Source of the DNA: an uncultured bacterium
GTDB taxonomy: Bacteria; Hydrogenedentota; Hydrogenedentia; Hydrogenedentales; JAEUWI01
Assembly: GCA_963977445.1 (NCBI GenBank)
Contig: CAXBPH010000127.1
Span: forward strand, 1 to 18,945
Length of the DNA stretch: 18,945 nucleotides
Direction of reading: 5' to 3'
Shown here in pieces: positions 7,995 to 16,628 of the stretch. The notes below the pieces were generated by a model that was not told where the DNA came from, did not search any database, and saw only the letters and a program-made list of their open reading frames with translations. Position numbers and translations under genes: made by a program. How positions within the stretch are numbered: the stretch's first letter is position 1; each line of letters starts with the position of its first letter.

Positions 7995-8021
7995 CTTCGT
8001 GCTCTTCGTATCTTCGTGGTA
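7995..8021 (-). repeat. Three-unit short tandem repeat (ACCACGAAG ATACGAAG AGCACGAAG on the minus strand)
   Basis: CTTCGT occurs at 7995, 8004 and 8012. Confidence 0.6.
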
Positions 8022-8097
8022 AAAACATTTGGGTTGCGGCCAACGGCCACTCTAAGACCTCTCCGGGGGACGTGGTCCAACACCAACTCACGGCATG

Positions 8098-8553
8098 CTA
8101 CCGGCTACCCTCTGGCCGGGGGGTGACGTCCAGGGATTCCATCTTCCACCCGAGTTTATCGCTGCCCGAGAGAATAGCGATATAGGTGTGGGGAATCATC
8201 TGGCCACCAGGACGCTGGAAATCCACCTCGCCCCGAAATTCGATACGCCCGTAGCGCCAGGTGTGGCGACAATCGCGACAGAACACGGCAGCGATACCCG
8301 GTTCAGCACTTTTCTGATCCAGCGCGTCCCGGACGGCCTGGTAGGCACTCGCTCGTTCTTTTTCTTCCAGATAGGCATCGAGACGATCATCGCTACTTAC
8401 CGGGGCGGCGGTATGGAGGAGCGCGTCGACCGAATCTTTCCGGTGGAGGAAAAAATACATGAGCACCAGGAAGAGGGCGACAAAAACCACGGCAACGGCG
8501 GACCATCCCCACAGGCGTTCCTGACGGTCCAGACTGGGTGGTATGCCGGCCAT
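8098..8553 (-). CDS. Hypothetical single-TM membrane-anchored protein
   Basis: 151-aa ORF with a purine-rich RBS (AGGGGA), one TM helix (WGWSAVAVVFVALFLVLMYFFL) and the same strand as the MurJ-like gene, about 40 nt downstream of it. Confidence 0.65.
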   Translation of the reverse strand: MAGIPPSLDRQERLWGWSAVAVVFVALFLVLMYFFLHRKDSVDALLHTAAPVSSDDRLDAYLEEKERASAYQAVRDALDQKSAEPGIAAVFCRDCRHTWRYGRIEFRGEVDFQRPGGQMIPHTYIAILSGSDKLGWKMESLDVTPRPEGSR

Positions 8554-8593
8554 GTAAACATTCCCCTACCATTGGACCCCGGCAAGACGGGGC

Positions 8594-10102
8594 TTAGACC
8601 TGAAAATACTTTTTCGCGATTAAGATTCGGGTCCCCACACCCACAATCAGGGTGGCCAGTATAGCACTGCACAGGAGTTGGTAGACAGGGTCCAGTTCCG
8701 CACCAACCCATCGTGTGAGCAGGGCGCTCAGGGCAACCAACGTCGTAATGGTGGCCAGAAAATAGAGACTGGGGAGGAGTTGGGCGCGTTGGATGGGGCG
8801 GGCTACGTATTCCGTCCGCAATGCTGCCAGCGCTTTCCAGACGACCCATCCGGCGAGGGCGGCACCGACGACGAAACTGCCCGCAAATGCAATGCTGATA
8901 CCCGGCAGATCCAGGATTGTGAGACACGGTACGGCGAGGGCGGCAAAGGCGACCAGGCGGGTGACGACGATGGCGAGGTAGCGGCGATGTTGGCCCAGGG
9001 CAAAGAGCACGCGGCATGCGAGGGCCTCGAGGACCCAGGCGGGAATCGCCAGACCGTGGCCGAAGAGGAGTGCTGTGGTGGTATTCGCATCTGCCGCATC
9101 AAAATGTCCGCGGGTCAAGAGGGTATCCACGACAGCATCGCGGTGGACCATGAGCCACAATGCGGTGGGGAGAGAAAAGAGCAGGAGGGTCACGGCAGCA
9201 CCAAAGGTGGCCCGGAGGAGGTCATCCACACGTCGGTCGGAGGCGAGTTGTGTCGCGAAGGGAAAAAGGGTGCTGAAGAGAATGAGGTCCAATATACCGA
9301 CGGGAATCTGTGCGATGGCGTAACTGTAGTTGACCTGAGAAACCGCGCCTTTGCCATAGAAGGCCGCCAGCCCGACGACGAGGAGGATCTGGGCCTGTTG
9401 GGCACCGTTCAGGAGGAACAGGGGTCCCGCCAGTCGGCTGAGATATCTGCCGGGTAACTTCCGGAGGGGCGTGCGCGGCTCCAGGTGCAATACGGCGCGC
9501 CCAAGGACGGCCTGAATCAGTAGCAAGAGGACAAAGGCACCGGGCAAGGCGATGGCGACGGGGGCGATACCCAGATCGTCGGACATGAAAAGTAAGGTGA
9601 GGAGGAGGGTTCCACTGAGGACAAAACCGTCGAGGGCGGCGGCGACATACCGTGCCTGGGCAGCATTCCAGGCCTTCAGGCAGGATGCGGGCACGGCATA
9701 GATGATGGCCCATGCCGTTATCTTCTGCAGGGCAGCCGCCTCGGCTTGTGTGGCGCTATCCGCACCGTGGGCCAGGAGGGCGACCACCTGGGTGGCTCCG
9801 AAATACACAGCGGTAGCCACAGCGGTTGCGGCAAAAAAGAAAATCACCAGGAGGGTGCGAAACACGGGCGCCGATTCTTCCCGTCTCCGCAGGAGGGGCA
9901 CCAGGGTGTTGTAGACGACGCTGTCGAGGATGAGATAGACGCCAATGGGCACCGTCTTGGCGAGGAGATAGGCGTCTGTGGCCTGGTCTGCACCAAAGCG
10001 GTAGGCGAGGAGAATACCGCCGAAGGCCCCCATCACCTTGCTGGCCACACCGATGAGCCCGACCCAGATTACGGGGCGAAAGAGGGATTCCGAACCTTTC
10101 AT
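8594..10102 (-). CDS. MurJ/MviN-family (MOP superfamily) lipid-linked glycan flippase
   Basis: 502 aa with many TM helices and MviN-like motifs SKVMG...LLAYRFGADQATDAY, GAVSQVNYSYAIAQIPVG and LLTRGHFDAAD...T...L. It is divergent, so orthology to the essential murJ is unproven. Confidence 0.85.
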   Translation of the reverse strand: MKGSESLFRPVIWVGLIGVASKVMGAFGGILLAYRFGADQATDAYLLAKTVPIGVYLILDSVVYNTLVPLLRRREESAPVFRTLLVIFFFAATAVATAVYFGATQVVALLAHGADSATQAEAAALQKITAWAIIYAVPASCLKAWNAAQARYVAAALDGFVLSGTLLLTLLFMSDDLGIAPVAIALPGAFVLLLLIQAVLGRAVLHLEPRTPLRKLPGRYLSRLAGPLFLLNGAQQAQILLVVGLAAFYGKGAVSQVNYSYAIAQIPVGILDLILFSTLFPFATQLASDRRVDDLLRATFGAAVTLLLFSLPTALWLMVHRDAVVDTLLTRGHFDAADANTTTALLFGHGLAIPAWVLEALACRVLFALGQHRRYLAIVVTRLVAFAALAVPCLTILDLPGISIAFAGSFVVGAALAGWVVWKALAALRTEYVARPIQRAQLLPSLYFLATITTLVALSALLTRWVGAELDPVYQLLCSAILATLIVGVGTRILIAKKYFQV

Positions 10103-11475
10103 GGGCGAGGTGCCGTGAGGCGGAGGGTGACGCCGTAGTACCAGAAGAAGGGCCCCGCTACGAGGGTCACAATGAAGGTGGACGTGGCCATACTGTGGAC
10201 CACCATAGCGACCAACGCTGCGCAGGCCCCGGTGGCCATCCAGTTACGCGGCTGGGCCATGGGATTCGCGGTCGCGCGGAAAAGCAGCGCGAGGAATGTC
10301 GTCATGAGCAGGAGGCCAAGAAAGCCCGATTCGGCGAGGGTCATGACAAAATGATTGTCGTAAAAGGAGCGATGGCGGGCACCCGCGCCGAGACCCAATA
10401 CGGGGAAGTCGGCAACGGTGCTGAGGGCGCTTTTCCAGGCCACGAGACGGTCATACATGGAGCTGCCCGGTGCGCTGAAGCGATACCAGAGCGTCGTTGG
10501 AAGGGCGACCACGGCGAGGACGGCCAGGGGCGGTGTCCACCAGCGGAGCGGGGGGCAATAGAGGAGGGCCAGGGTGCCGCATCCCGCCATCCAGGCCAGC
10601 GCACCGGAACGGGAGCCCGTGGGCAGAAGTGCCAGCGATGCCAGGATCGCCAACGCGAGACCAAGAATTCGATGGCGTGGCACGGTGGCCAGGGCGATGC
10701 CCGTTACGGTAGCCAGGGCGAACAACCCACCAGCGTGGTTGGCTTGGCCGGGGAAAAGGCCACGCTCGAAGGTGCGGTAGGCGACGCCCGGGTCCTCATA
10801 CAGGGGCCAGGCGTTTTCCGCGAGGCCATAGCCCGCCAGGGCAATCAGGGGCACACCCCAGACATAGGCCGTGGTATTGCCGAGTCCCGGGGCAAGAGAA
10901 TAGGCGGCAACAAAGAGGGCATACCACGTGAGCCATTGGGCCAGGTAAAGGAGGGCCGAAGTGGGGGTGGTGAGGGTGCCCTGTGCTCCGCCGGCGATGA
11001 TGCTGACGACAATGACCATGAGGTAGAGCAGAAAGGCGGTGTGGGCCGGTGGGGTGCGTATTTCGAGACGGGGGTTGGTGACGAGCGCGACGAGCATGCC
11101 TGCGATGGCGGCCTGGTCGAGGCGTAGAAAAAAAATTTCATCGCCCAGGGTGGCCAGGGGCAATCGGGGTGCCCAAATCAGCAAGGCGGGCGTGCAGCCC
11201 AGGGCCAGCGTCGGGTAATAGAGAGCAACCAGAAAAACACCCAGCATGGCTGCGGGTATGCCATAGCCATAAAACAGGGCGATGAGCAGACCCACGGCGG
11301 CCACGAGGGTGGCGAGCCCTTGGGTATGGGGCAGGGTCGTTGCCCGCAGGAACACGGCATTTTCCAACACGGGTGCGACGGGTGGGGGGGCCTGGGTGAA
11401 AAATGTGGCCATCCGGGAACGGGTGACCCATCGGTAGGCAACGCTGTCGCCATATGCCCGGAACGCCTGTATCAT
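10099..11475 (-). CDS. O-antigen ligase/Wzy_C-family membrane glycosyltransferase
   Basis: Polytopic protein with GQANHAG, TGSRSG, SMYDRLVAWKSAL...FPVLGLGAG and DNHFVMTLAESGFLG. ATGA overlaps with both neighbours. Confidence 0.85.
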   Translation of the reverse strand: MIQAFRAYGDSVAYRWVTRSRMATFFTQAPPPVAPVLENAVFLRATTLPHTQGLATLVAAVGLLIALFYGYGIPAAMLGVFLVALYYPTLALGCTPALLIWAPRLPLATLGDEIFFLRLDQAAIAGMLVALVTNPRLEIRTPPAHTAFLLYLMVIVVSIIAGGAQGTLTTPTSALLYLAQWLTWYALFVAAYSLAPGLGNTTAYVWGVPLIALAGYGLAENAWPLYEDPGVAYRTFERGLFPGQANHAGGLFALATVTGIALATVPRHRILGLALAILASLALLPTGSRSGALAWMAGCGTLALLYCPPLRWWTPPLAVLAVVALPTTLWYRFSAPGSSMYDRLVAWKSALSTVADFPVLGLGAGARHRSFYDNHFVMTLAESGFLGLLLMTTFLALLFRATANPMAQPRNWMATGACAALVAMVVHSMATSTFIVTLVAGPFFWYYGVTLRLTAPRP

Positions 11476-11924
11476 GGGGACTCCGGGGTGACCTGGCGCA
11501 CGATACCGTCCAGAATGATGGACTCCAGTTCCAGCCGCAGGGCGCGGCCCGGGAGGAGGGGCGTGCCCCGGTAGAGCAGGCGGTCGGCACCGTCGCGAAC
11601 AGCATTCAGGCGCAGTGTTACCAGCGGGATGTTGTTTTCGGTGTGGTTGCCGAGAACTTCCGCCCGTATTTCGCCGGAGCGTGGGTCGAACTCTTTCAGA
11701 CCGACGGTGGCAAGCTCACTGAGCCAGCCGTGCTCCTGGGGAAGTTGGAGTTGGACTGTGAGGGCGACCTGCCGTTCTTCCAGGGCATAGGGTGGGGCAA
11801 CGCGGTAGTCCACCGTGAGTCGCTGGTAGGCCAGGGCGGATATGGCGAGAATGACGAGGACCAGAAAGAGGTCGAAGAGATTCAGTTTGCCGAACAGGCG
11901 GCCATTGTGGTCGAGCAGGGGCAT
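11472..11924 (-). CDS. DUF4330-like membrane-anchored protein
   Basis: The N-terminus LLDHNGRLFGKLNLFDLFLVLVILA fits the D-xx-GRLFGK-x-N-xx-D-TM signature of DUF4330. GAAAGG RBS upstream. Confidence 0.75.
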   Translation of the reverse strand: MPLLDHNGRLFGKLNLFDLFLVLVILAISALAYQRLTVDYRVAPPYALEERQVALTVQLQLPQEHGWLSELATVGLKEFDPRSGEIRAEVLGNHTENNIPLVTLRLNAVRDGADRLLYRGTPLLPGRALRLELESIILDGIVRQVTPESP

Positions 11925-11961
11925 GGGGGCCTTTCACGAGCGCGTGGGTAGGGTTTTGATT

Positions 11962-11990
11962 AACCTAGCATATTGGGCGAGGCCGGGCAA
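11962..11990 (-). promoter_or_regulatory. Sigma70-type promoter for the DUF4330-ligase-MurJ operon
   Basis: Minus strand reads TTGCCC, a 17-bp spacer ending TGC, then TAGGTT. Confidence 0.5.
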
Positions 11991-12019
11991 TGGTTCGGTG
12001 GGGGCGTTTGTCTTTTTGG

Positions 12020-12044
12020 ACAGGATTTACAGGATTAACAGGAT
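12020..12044 (+). repeat. Three-unit 9-nt-period repeat ACAGGAT-TT-ACAGGAT-TA-ACAGGAT
   Basis: ACAGGAT occurs at 12020, 12029 and 12038. Confidence 0.7.
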
Positions 12045-12259
12045 GAGGACGGACGTCGTTTCGTGTTTTCAGCGTTGTCTATAGGTTGGGGAGATTTTTA
12101 CGACTAGATGTTTGGCCAGGGTATCCCCATTAAAATATCCCATCCATTGCACCCCATCTGATTTGATGAAAGCCATGGTGGGGGTGCCACCCGAGGAGCC
12201 CACTTCTTAATTCAAGTGGATGCGAGGTCGACCTCTACTGCGATTGCCACGATGTTCGG

Positions 12260-12288
12260 TTGCTCCGGTTGTGGGTGGTCGCTACAAT
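12260..12288 (+). promoter_or_regulatory. Sigma70-type promoter abutting the acyltransferase start codon
   Basis: TTGCTC (12260-12265), a 17-bp spacer, then TACAAT (12283-12288). ATG follows at 12297 with no Shine-Dalgarno. Confidence 0.6.
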
Positions 12289-12296
12289 AGGTTCCC

Positions 12297-13400
12297 ATGA
12301 AACTTTTTATATGCTGGCTGGTTACGCTCCGTATTATCGCTCGTTATTTTCTCTACCGCCTGGGTATTGGAGGGCGTCCCAATTTCACCGACCGTTGGGC
12401 CGAAGTGCAGTTGGTATATCGCCAAGTTACCCGGATGGACAGCCGCATACGCTTGCGTGGTCTGGAGCATTTTCCCGGTTCCCACCCGGCCATTTATGCG
12501 GGCAACCATGTGAAGCTCGACGACCCCTTTTTCGTGTGCTATGCCGTGCAAGAGGGCAGCGGCTACACGATGCGCACCCGTTTTGTAATGCGCGATGATT
12601 TCTTTCTGGGATTTCCGTGGACCTGGATGCCCTTCCGCATGAATGAAGTGGCAGAAATGGGCGGGGCCTACCTCCTGTCCAAAGACGGCGTTACGCTGGC
12701 CCAGCTCAAGCCCCTCATCGATATGCTGCAGGAGCCGGACTCCTTTGTCATTTTCCCCAATGGGTCCCGAAGCCGCAGTGGTCTGTGGTTTGAGTATCGG
12801 GATGACATGGAAGGTCCGGGGTCCGTTTCTTTCTTCCTGGCCCAGTCCCAACGAAAAAAACCCGACGTGGCCGTGCCTGCGGTACCCGTCGGTCGAACCC
12901 ACAATCCGGTGACCAAGGTGAGTACGGTAATTCTGGGTGCCCCCTTGTATCTGGAGCCGGGTGCGCGCCGCGAGGCCCAACGGGAATTCGACGACGCCCT
13001 GGTGCTGGCCATTTCCGACCTGGTAGAGATACAGATGACCCACCTGGTGAGCGGATTACTTTATCTTCGCTGCCTCCATGGTCTGGGTGACACCGTCACG
13101 CGCGCTCAGTTGCTTGGTGAGGTCCTGGCGGTGATCGGCGCCTTGCCTTCCACGCGTTTCCTCGATCCTGGCCTGGATAAGGATGGCGAGCAGCAGCTGA
13201 CGGCGGTCCTGGCCTATCTGGCGCGTTACGACATGATTTCCATGGCGGGCGATGACGTGCACCTTCAGGTGGAGAAAATAGGGGTTGCCCCCGCGCCAGA
13301 CGTGCATTATCGCAGGGAAAACCCGATTAAATTCAGTGTAAACCAGATTCTGCACTTGCCCGATGTGGTTGCGGCGCTGGAGGTTGCGGTGCTCGGGTGA
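12297..13400 (+). CDS. Glycerolipid acyltransferase (PlsC/PlsB LPLAT family) with C-terminal extension
   Basis: Catalytic HX4D motif NHVKLDD, block III-like FPNGSRSRSG and block IV-like VPAVPVG. Confidence 0.85.
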   Translation: MKLFICWLVTLRIIARYFLYRLGIGGRPNFTDRWAEVQLVYRQVTRMDSRIRLRGLEHFPGSHPAIYAGNHVKLDDPFFVCYAVQEGSGYTMRTRFVMRDDFFLGFPWTWMPFRMNEVAEMGGAYLLSKDGVTLAQLKPLIDMLQEPDSFVIFPNGSRSRSGLWFEYRDDMEGPGSVSFFLAQSQRKKPDVAVPAVPVGRTHNPVTKVSTVILGAPLYLEPGARREAQREFDDALVLAISDLVEIQMTHLVSGLLYLRCLHGLGDTVTRAQLLGEVLAVIGALPSTRFLDPGLDKDGEQQLTAVLAYLARYDMISMAGDDVHLQVEKIGVAPAPDVHYRRENPIKFSVNQILHLPDVVAALEVAVLG

Positions 13401-13487
13401 CTTCATCGGGCGGACGGGACCTTCGTAAGGGGGAACTTTTTGCGACGGTCAGGTATGGATTCTTGGGGATCGCGTGTCCCCTGTGCT

Positions 13488-13589
13488 TTGACTTGCCTCA
13501 GGATCGAAGGGTAGACTGTAGATTATGGAATGCCCCACGAGAGCGGTCCTACAGCGGCACCGATCCCGTCGATTCTACGTTGGTATAAT
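13488..13589 (+). promoter_or_regulatory. Two candidate tandem promoters for the lipoprotein-resB-ccsA operon
   Basis: TTGACT (13488-13493), 18 bp, TAGACT (13512-13517); also a perfect extended -10 TGgTATAAT at 13581-13589. Confidence 0.55.
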
Positions 13590-13628
13590 CCGTCTTAACC
13601 TGTATAAATACAAAGGTTTACATACGCT

Positions 13629-15416
13629 ATGCGATCTCCTCGTTTTGCCCTCCTTCTCCTTCCTCTACTCTTAAATGCCTGCTCGGAACCGGCCTCCCGT
13701 CAGGAAATAACCGACATCCGCGAGCCGGGCGAGCTACGGCGGGAAGCGCCCCCCAAGCTTGATGTGCGTCAGCGTCTGGGTATGCGCTCCGACAGCGCCA
13801 TGGGCAGCAGTCAGGCGTCGGAAAGTGCCCTTGGTGGTATCACCTTCCACCATGATATGCCGGAAGGGTGGGAAAAAGTTCCCGAAACGGCCCTGCGCCA
13901 GGTGAATCTTCAGATGAAGGGTGCCCCGGATGTGGAGTGCTATTTCACCTTCCTGCCCGGTGGTGGTGGCGGTCTCGAGGCCAATCTCAACCGCTGGCGC
14001 ACCCAGATGGGTCAAGAGCCCTTGAGTGCCGACGCGGTTGCTGCGTTGCCGAAGAAGACGATATTTGGACAGCCGGCGACGTTTATCCTTATCGATGGCG
14101 ATTTTGTGGGTATGGGTACGGAACCCAAAACCGACTATCGGATGTATGGACTGATCTTGACCTACACCGACCCCAGTTCCAACGAGGACCAGGCGTTCTT
14201 CCTGAAAATGACCGGCCCCCGTGGGATGCTGGAAGACCAGGAAGCAAACTTTGAGCTGATAGCGTCCAGTCTGCATGCCGTTGCCCCCGGGGAAGAACAC
14301 TCCCACGGCGATGAAGCCGAGGCCCATAGCGCCAATGATGGGCATGATCATGGTGCGGAGGCTGAGGCCCATGGTGCCAACGATGGGCATGATCATGGTG
14401 CGGAGGCAAAAAGCATGGCGGCGGCACCCGAAGCGCCCGCTACACCGGTGGAAGCGGCGACCACGGGCTTTACGTGGACCCTGCCCGAGGGTTGGTCTGA
14501 AATTGCGCCGACCATGATGCGGCAGGCGAATCTGGTTGTCACAGGCCAGGACAATGTTGAATGTTACCTCACCGTATTGGGCGGCAATGGTGGTGGTCTG
14601 GAAATGAACATCAATCGCTGGCAGCAGCAGATGAGTCAAGAGTCCCTGAGCCCGGAAGCGATTGGTTCATTGCCGACCGCGCCGCTTCTGGGTGCTGACG
14701 CGACATTTGTCACCATAGACGGTACCTTTGGTGGCATGGGCGGGGCGCAGCAGAACGAAAACTTCCGTATGTATGGCTTGGCGCGTGTCGACGAATCACA
14801 GGCGTTTTTCGTGAAAATGACCGGTCCCCAGGAAGTGCTTGCGGCGCAGGAAGCCAATTTCCTTGCCTTCTGCGCATCCATCCAAGTGGGAGCGGTTGCG
14901 GCACCAGCGGTCGCCGCAGAAACGCCCGCCGCCGCACCTGCTGCCGGGGCCAATCCCCACGGTATGGCGGATCCGACGCCCAAAGGTGGCTTCAATCCAG
15001 AAGGTCTTTCCTGGACGGCACCCGAGGGTTGGCAGGATGGTGGCGAGCGCATGATGCGTGTAGTGACCTATGAAGTTGGAGAATCGGAATGTTATATCAC
15101 CAGCCTTTCGGGTACGGCAGGCGGTGTTAATGCCAATATAAACCGGTGGGTGGGCCAGATGGGCCAACCCGAGTTGGATGAGGCGGCGCTTGCGGCCCTT
15201 CCGCTCATCAAGATTCTTGATACGGAGGCCCCCATGGTCTTCGTAGCGGGTAGCTTCGTCGGTATGTCCGGCGCGGCGAACCCGGGCTATGCCTTACTTG
15301 GCACGGTGGTCCCGGTGGAAGATCAAACGATCTTCGTAAAGATGATAGGACCGGAGGCGGAAGTGAATGCTCAGAAAGAAAATTTTGTGGCTTTTTGCGC
15401 TTCCATTAAACCCTGA
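13629..15416 (+). CDS. Uncharacterised lipoprotein with three copies of a ~140-aa domain and a His-rich linker
   Basis: Lipobox LNAC (Cys18). The three repeats share PEGW...R...ECY...GG...N-x-NRW-xx-QM...G-x-F-x-GM...F-x-KM-x-GP...NF. Confidence 0.85.
   Translation: MRSPRFALLLLPLLLNACSEPASRQEITDIREPGELRREAPPKLDVRQRLGMRSDSAMGSSQASESALGGITFHHDMPEGWEKVPETALRQVNLQMKGAPDVECYFTFLPGGGGGLEANLNRWRTQMGQEPLSADAVAALPKKTIFGQPATFILIDGDFVGMGTEPKTDYRMYGLILTYTDPSSNEDQAFFLKMTGPRGMLEDQEANFELIASSLHAVAPGEEHSHGDEAEAHSANDGHDHGAEAEAHGANDGHDHGAEAKSMAAAPEAPATPVEAATTGFTWTLPEGWSEIAPTMMRQANLVVTGQDNVECYLTVLGGNGGGLEMNINRWQQQMSQESLSPEAIGSLPTAPLLGADATFVTIDGTFGGMGGAQQNENFRMYGLARVDESQAFFVKMTGPQEVLAAQEANFLAFCASIQVGAVAAPAVAAETPAAAPAAGANPHGMADPTPKGGFNPEGLSWTAPEGWQDGGERMMRVVTYEVGESECYITSLSGTAGGVNANINRWVGQMGQPELDEAALAALPLIKILDTEAPMVFVAGSFVGMSGAANPGYALLGTVVPVEDQTIFVKMIGPEAEVNAQKENFVAFCASIKP
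14319..14408 (+). repeat. 45-bp tandem duplication encoding EAH(S/G)ANDGHDHGAEA twice
   Basis: Two near-identical in-frame 45-nt units start at 14319 and 14364. Confidence 0.9.
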
Positions 15417-15482
15417 TACGTGGGACGCGGACCGGGGTAATGGTTTGCGAGAGCACACACCAATCCAGATCGGAAATTTGTT

Positions 15483-16628
15483 TTGAAAAAGCTATTTAAC
15501 TTCTTTGCCTCCTATGGTTTTGCGGTCGTCATATTGATCTTATTGACTATCCTGACCCTGTTTGGCACCTTGGAGCAGGCCAGCAGCAGTCTCTTTGATG
15601 TGCAAAACAAGTACTTCAATTCCTTCTTCCTGACTCATGACCTATTCGGGATTCCCATCCCGCTGCCGGGCGTCTACCTGCTTTCGAGCTTGTTGTTTGT
15701 CAATCTGGTCTGCGGCGCGCTGATACGTGTGCGTAAAGAGTGGAAAAAGCCGGGGATGTTGATTGCCCACTGTGGCATCTTGTATATGCTCGTGGCGGGC
15801 TTTGTGACCTACCATTTTTCCACGTCCGGCCAGATGACGCTCTATCCTGAAGAGCGTTCTGATCGGTATCAGAGTTATTATGAGTGGGAGATTGAAATCG
15901 CGCGCCTGGAGGATGGTCTCTATGGAACGCGTTGGATTATTCCGGGGGAAGCCTTCGGCGATATGAAGGTGGAAGATACCCGGGAGTTCTTCCAGCCCGA
16001 TTTGCCATTCACGCTGATGTTGGAGAACTTCCTACCCAACGCTACGCCCCAGCCCACGCCCGGTGATGACGGGGCAGAGGGCTTTACCCTGGTGGCCAAG
16101 CCCCCGGAAATGGAAGCGGCCCAGAATGCGGCCGGCGTGTATGCGCTGGTGTTGGCGAAAGACAAGAAGGAAGTCCAGACAGGTTTTCTCTGGGGCTTCT
16201 CGATTTCTCCCTGGGTGATAACGGTCGACGGCGTGGATTATGCCATTGAATTACGTCATCGCAACTGGGAACTGCCCTTCACCATTACGTTGGACGAGTT
16301 CATCCGCGACTTGCATGCACGGACCTCTATGGCGAGCAATTTTGAGAGTGTAGTAACCAAGACGGAAGGGGGCGAGCCAGACCGGAAAATCAATATCCGG
16401 ATGAATGAGCCACTCCGTCACAAAGGGTATACCCTCTTCCAGTCCGGCTGGGGCCCCCAGAATGCGGGACCCGATACCAAACTGTTCTCGACCTTTTCGG
16501 TGGTGAACAATCCGGCCGACCAATGGCCGCTCTACTCGTGTATCGTCATTGCCGTGGGTCTGTCGATCCACTTCTTACAAAAATTATTCAGCTATCTTCG
16601 CGCTGAAAACCGGAGGCGTGCCTCATGA
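15483..16628 (+). CDS. resB: Cytochrome c biogenesis protein, ResB/CcsB-like
   Basis: Three N-terminal TMs (GTLEQ; conserved TM His in GMLIAHCG), then LPFTITLDEF, SNFESVV, IRMNEPLRHKGYTLFQSGW and VVNNP plus a C-terminal TM. Confidence 0.85.
   Translation: MKKLFNFFASYGFAVVILILLTILTLFGTLEQASSSLFDVQNKYFNSFFLTHDLFGIPIPLPGVYLLSSLLFVNLVCGALIRVRKEWKKPGMLIAHCGILYMLVAGFVTYHFSTSGQMTLYPEERSDRYQSYYEWEIEIARLEDGLYGTRWIIPGEAFGDMKVEDTREFFQPDLPFTLMLENFLPNATPQPTPGDDGAEGFTLVAKPPEMEAAQNAAGVYALVLAKDKKEVQTGFLWGFSISPWVITVDGVDYAIELRHRNWELPFTITLDEFIRDLHARTSMASNFESVVTKTEGGEPDRKINIRMNEPLRHKGYTLFQSGWGPQNAGPDTKLFSTFSVVNNPADQWPLYSCIVIAVGLSIHFLQKLFSYLRAENRRRAS

Noticed and set aside
7662..8185. Short ORFs in the convergent gap (7662-7847, 7874-8185, 7889-8086)
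   Set aside because: They cross repeats, lack a convincing RBS and have non-protein-like composition.
8260..8285. Heme c motif in the 151-aa protein (FCRDCRH)
   Set aside because: It is CxxCxH, not CxxCH, and is more likely a periplasmic disulfide or metal pair.
12221..12238. GTAG-AGGTCGACCT-CGCA on the minus strand, resembling a REP half and sharing TCGACCTCGCA with ~18875
   Set aside because: Only an 11-nt match with no complete REP hairpin; compatible with chance.
13839..15413. CRISPR array or mobile repeat
   Set aside because: The repeats are in-frame protein domain duplications, with no repeat-spacer periodicity and no cas genes.
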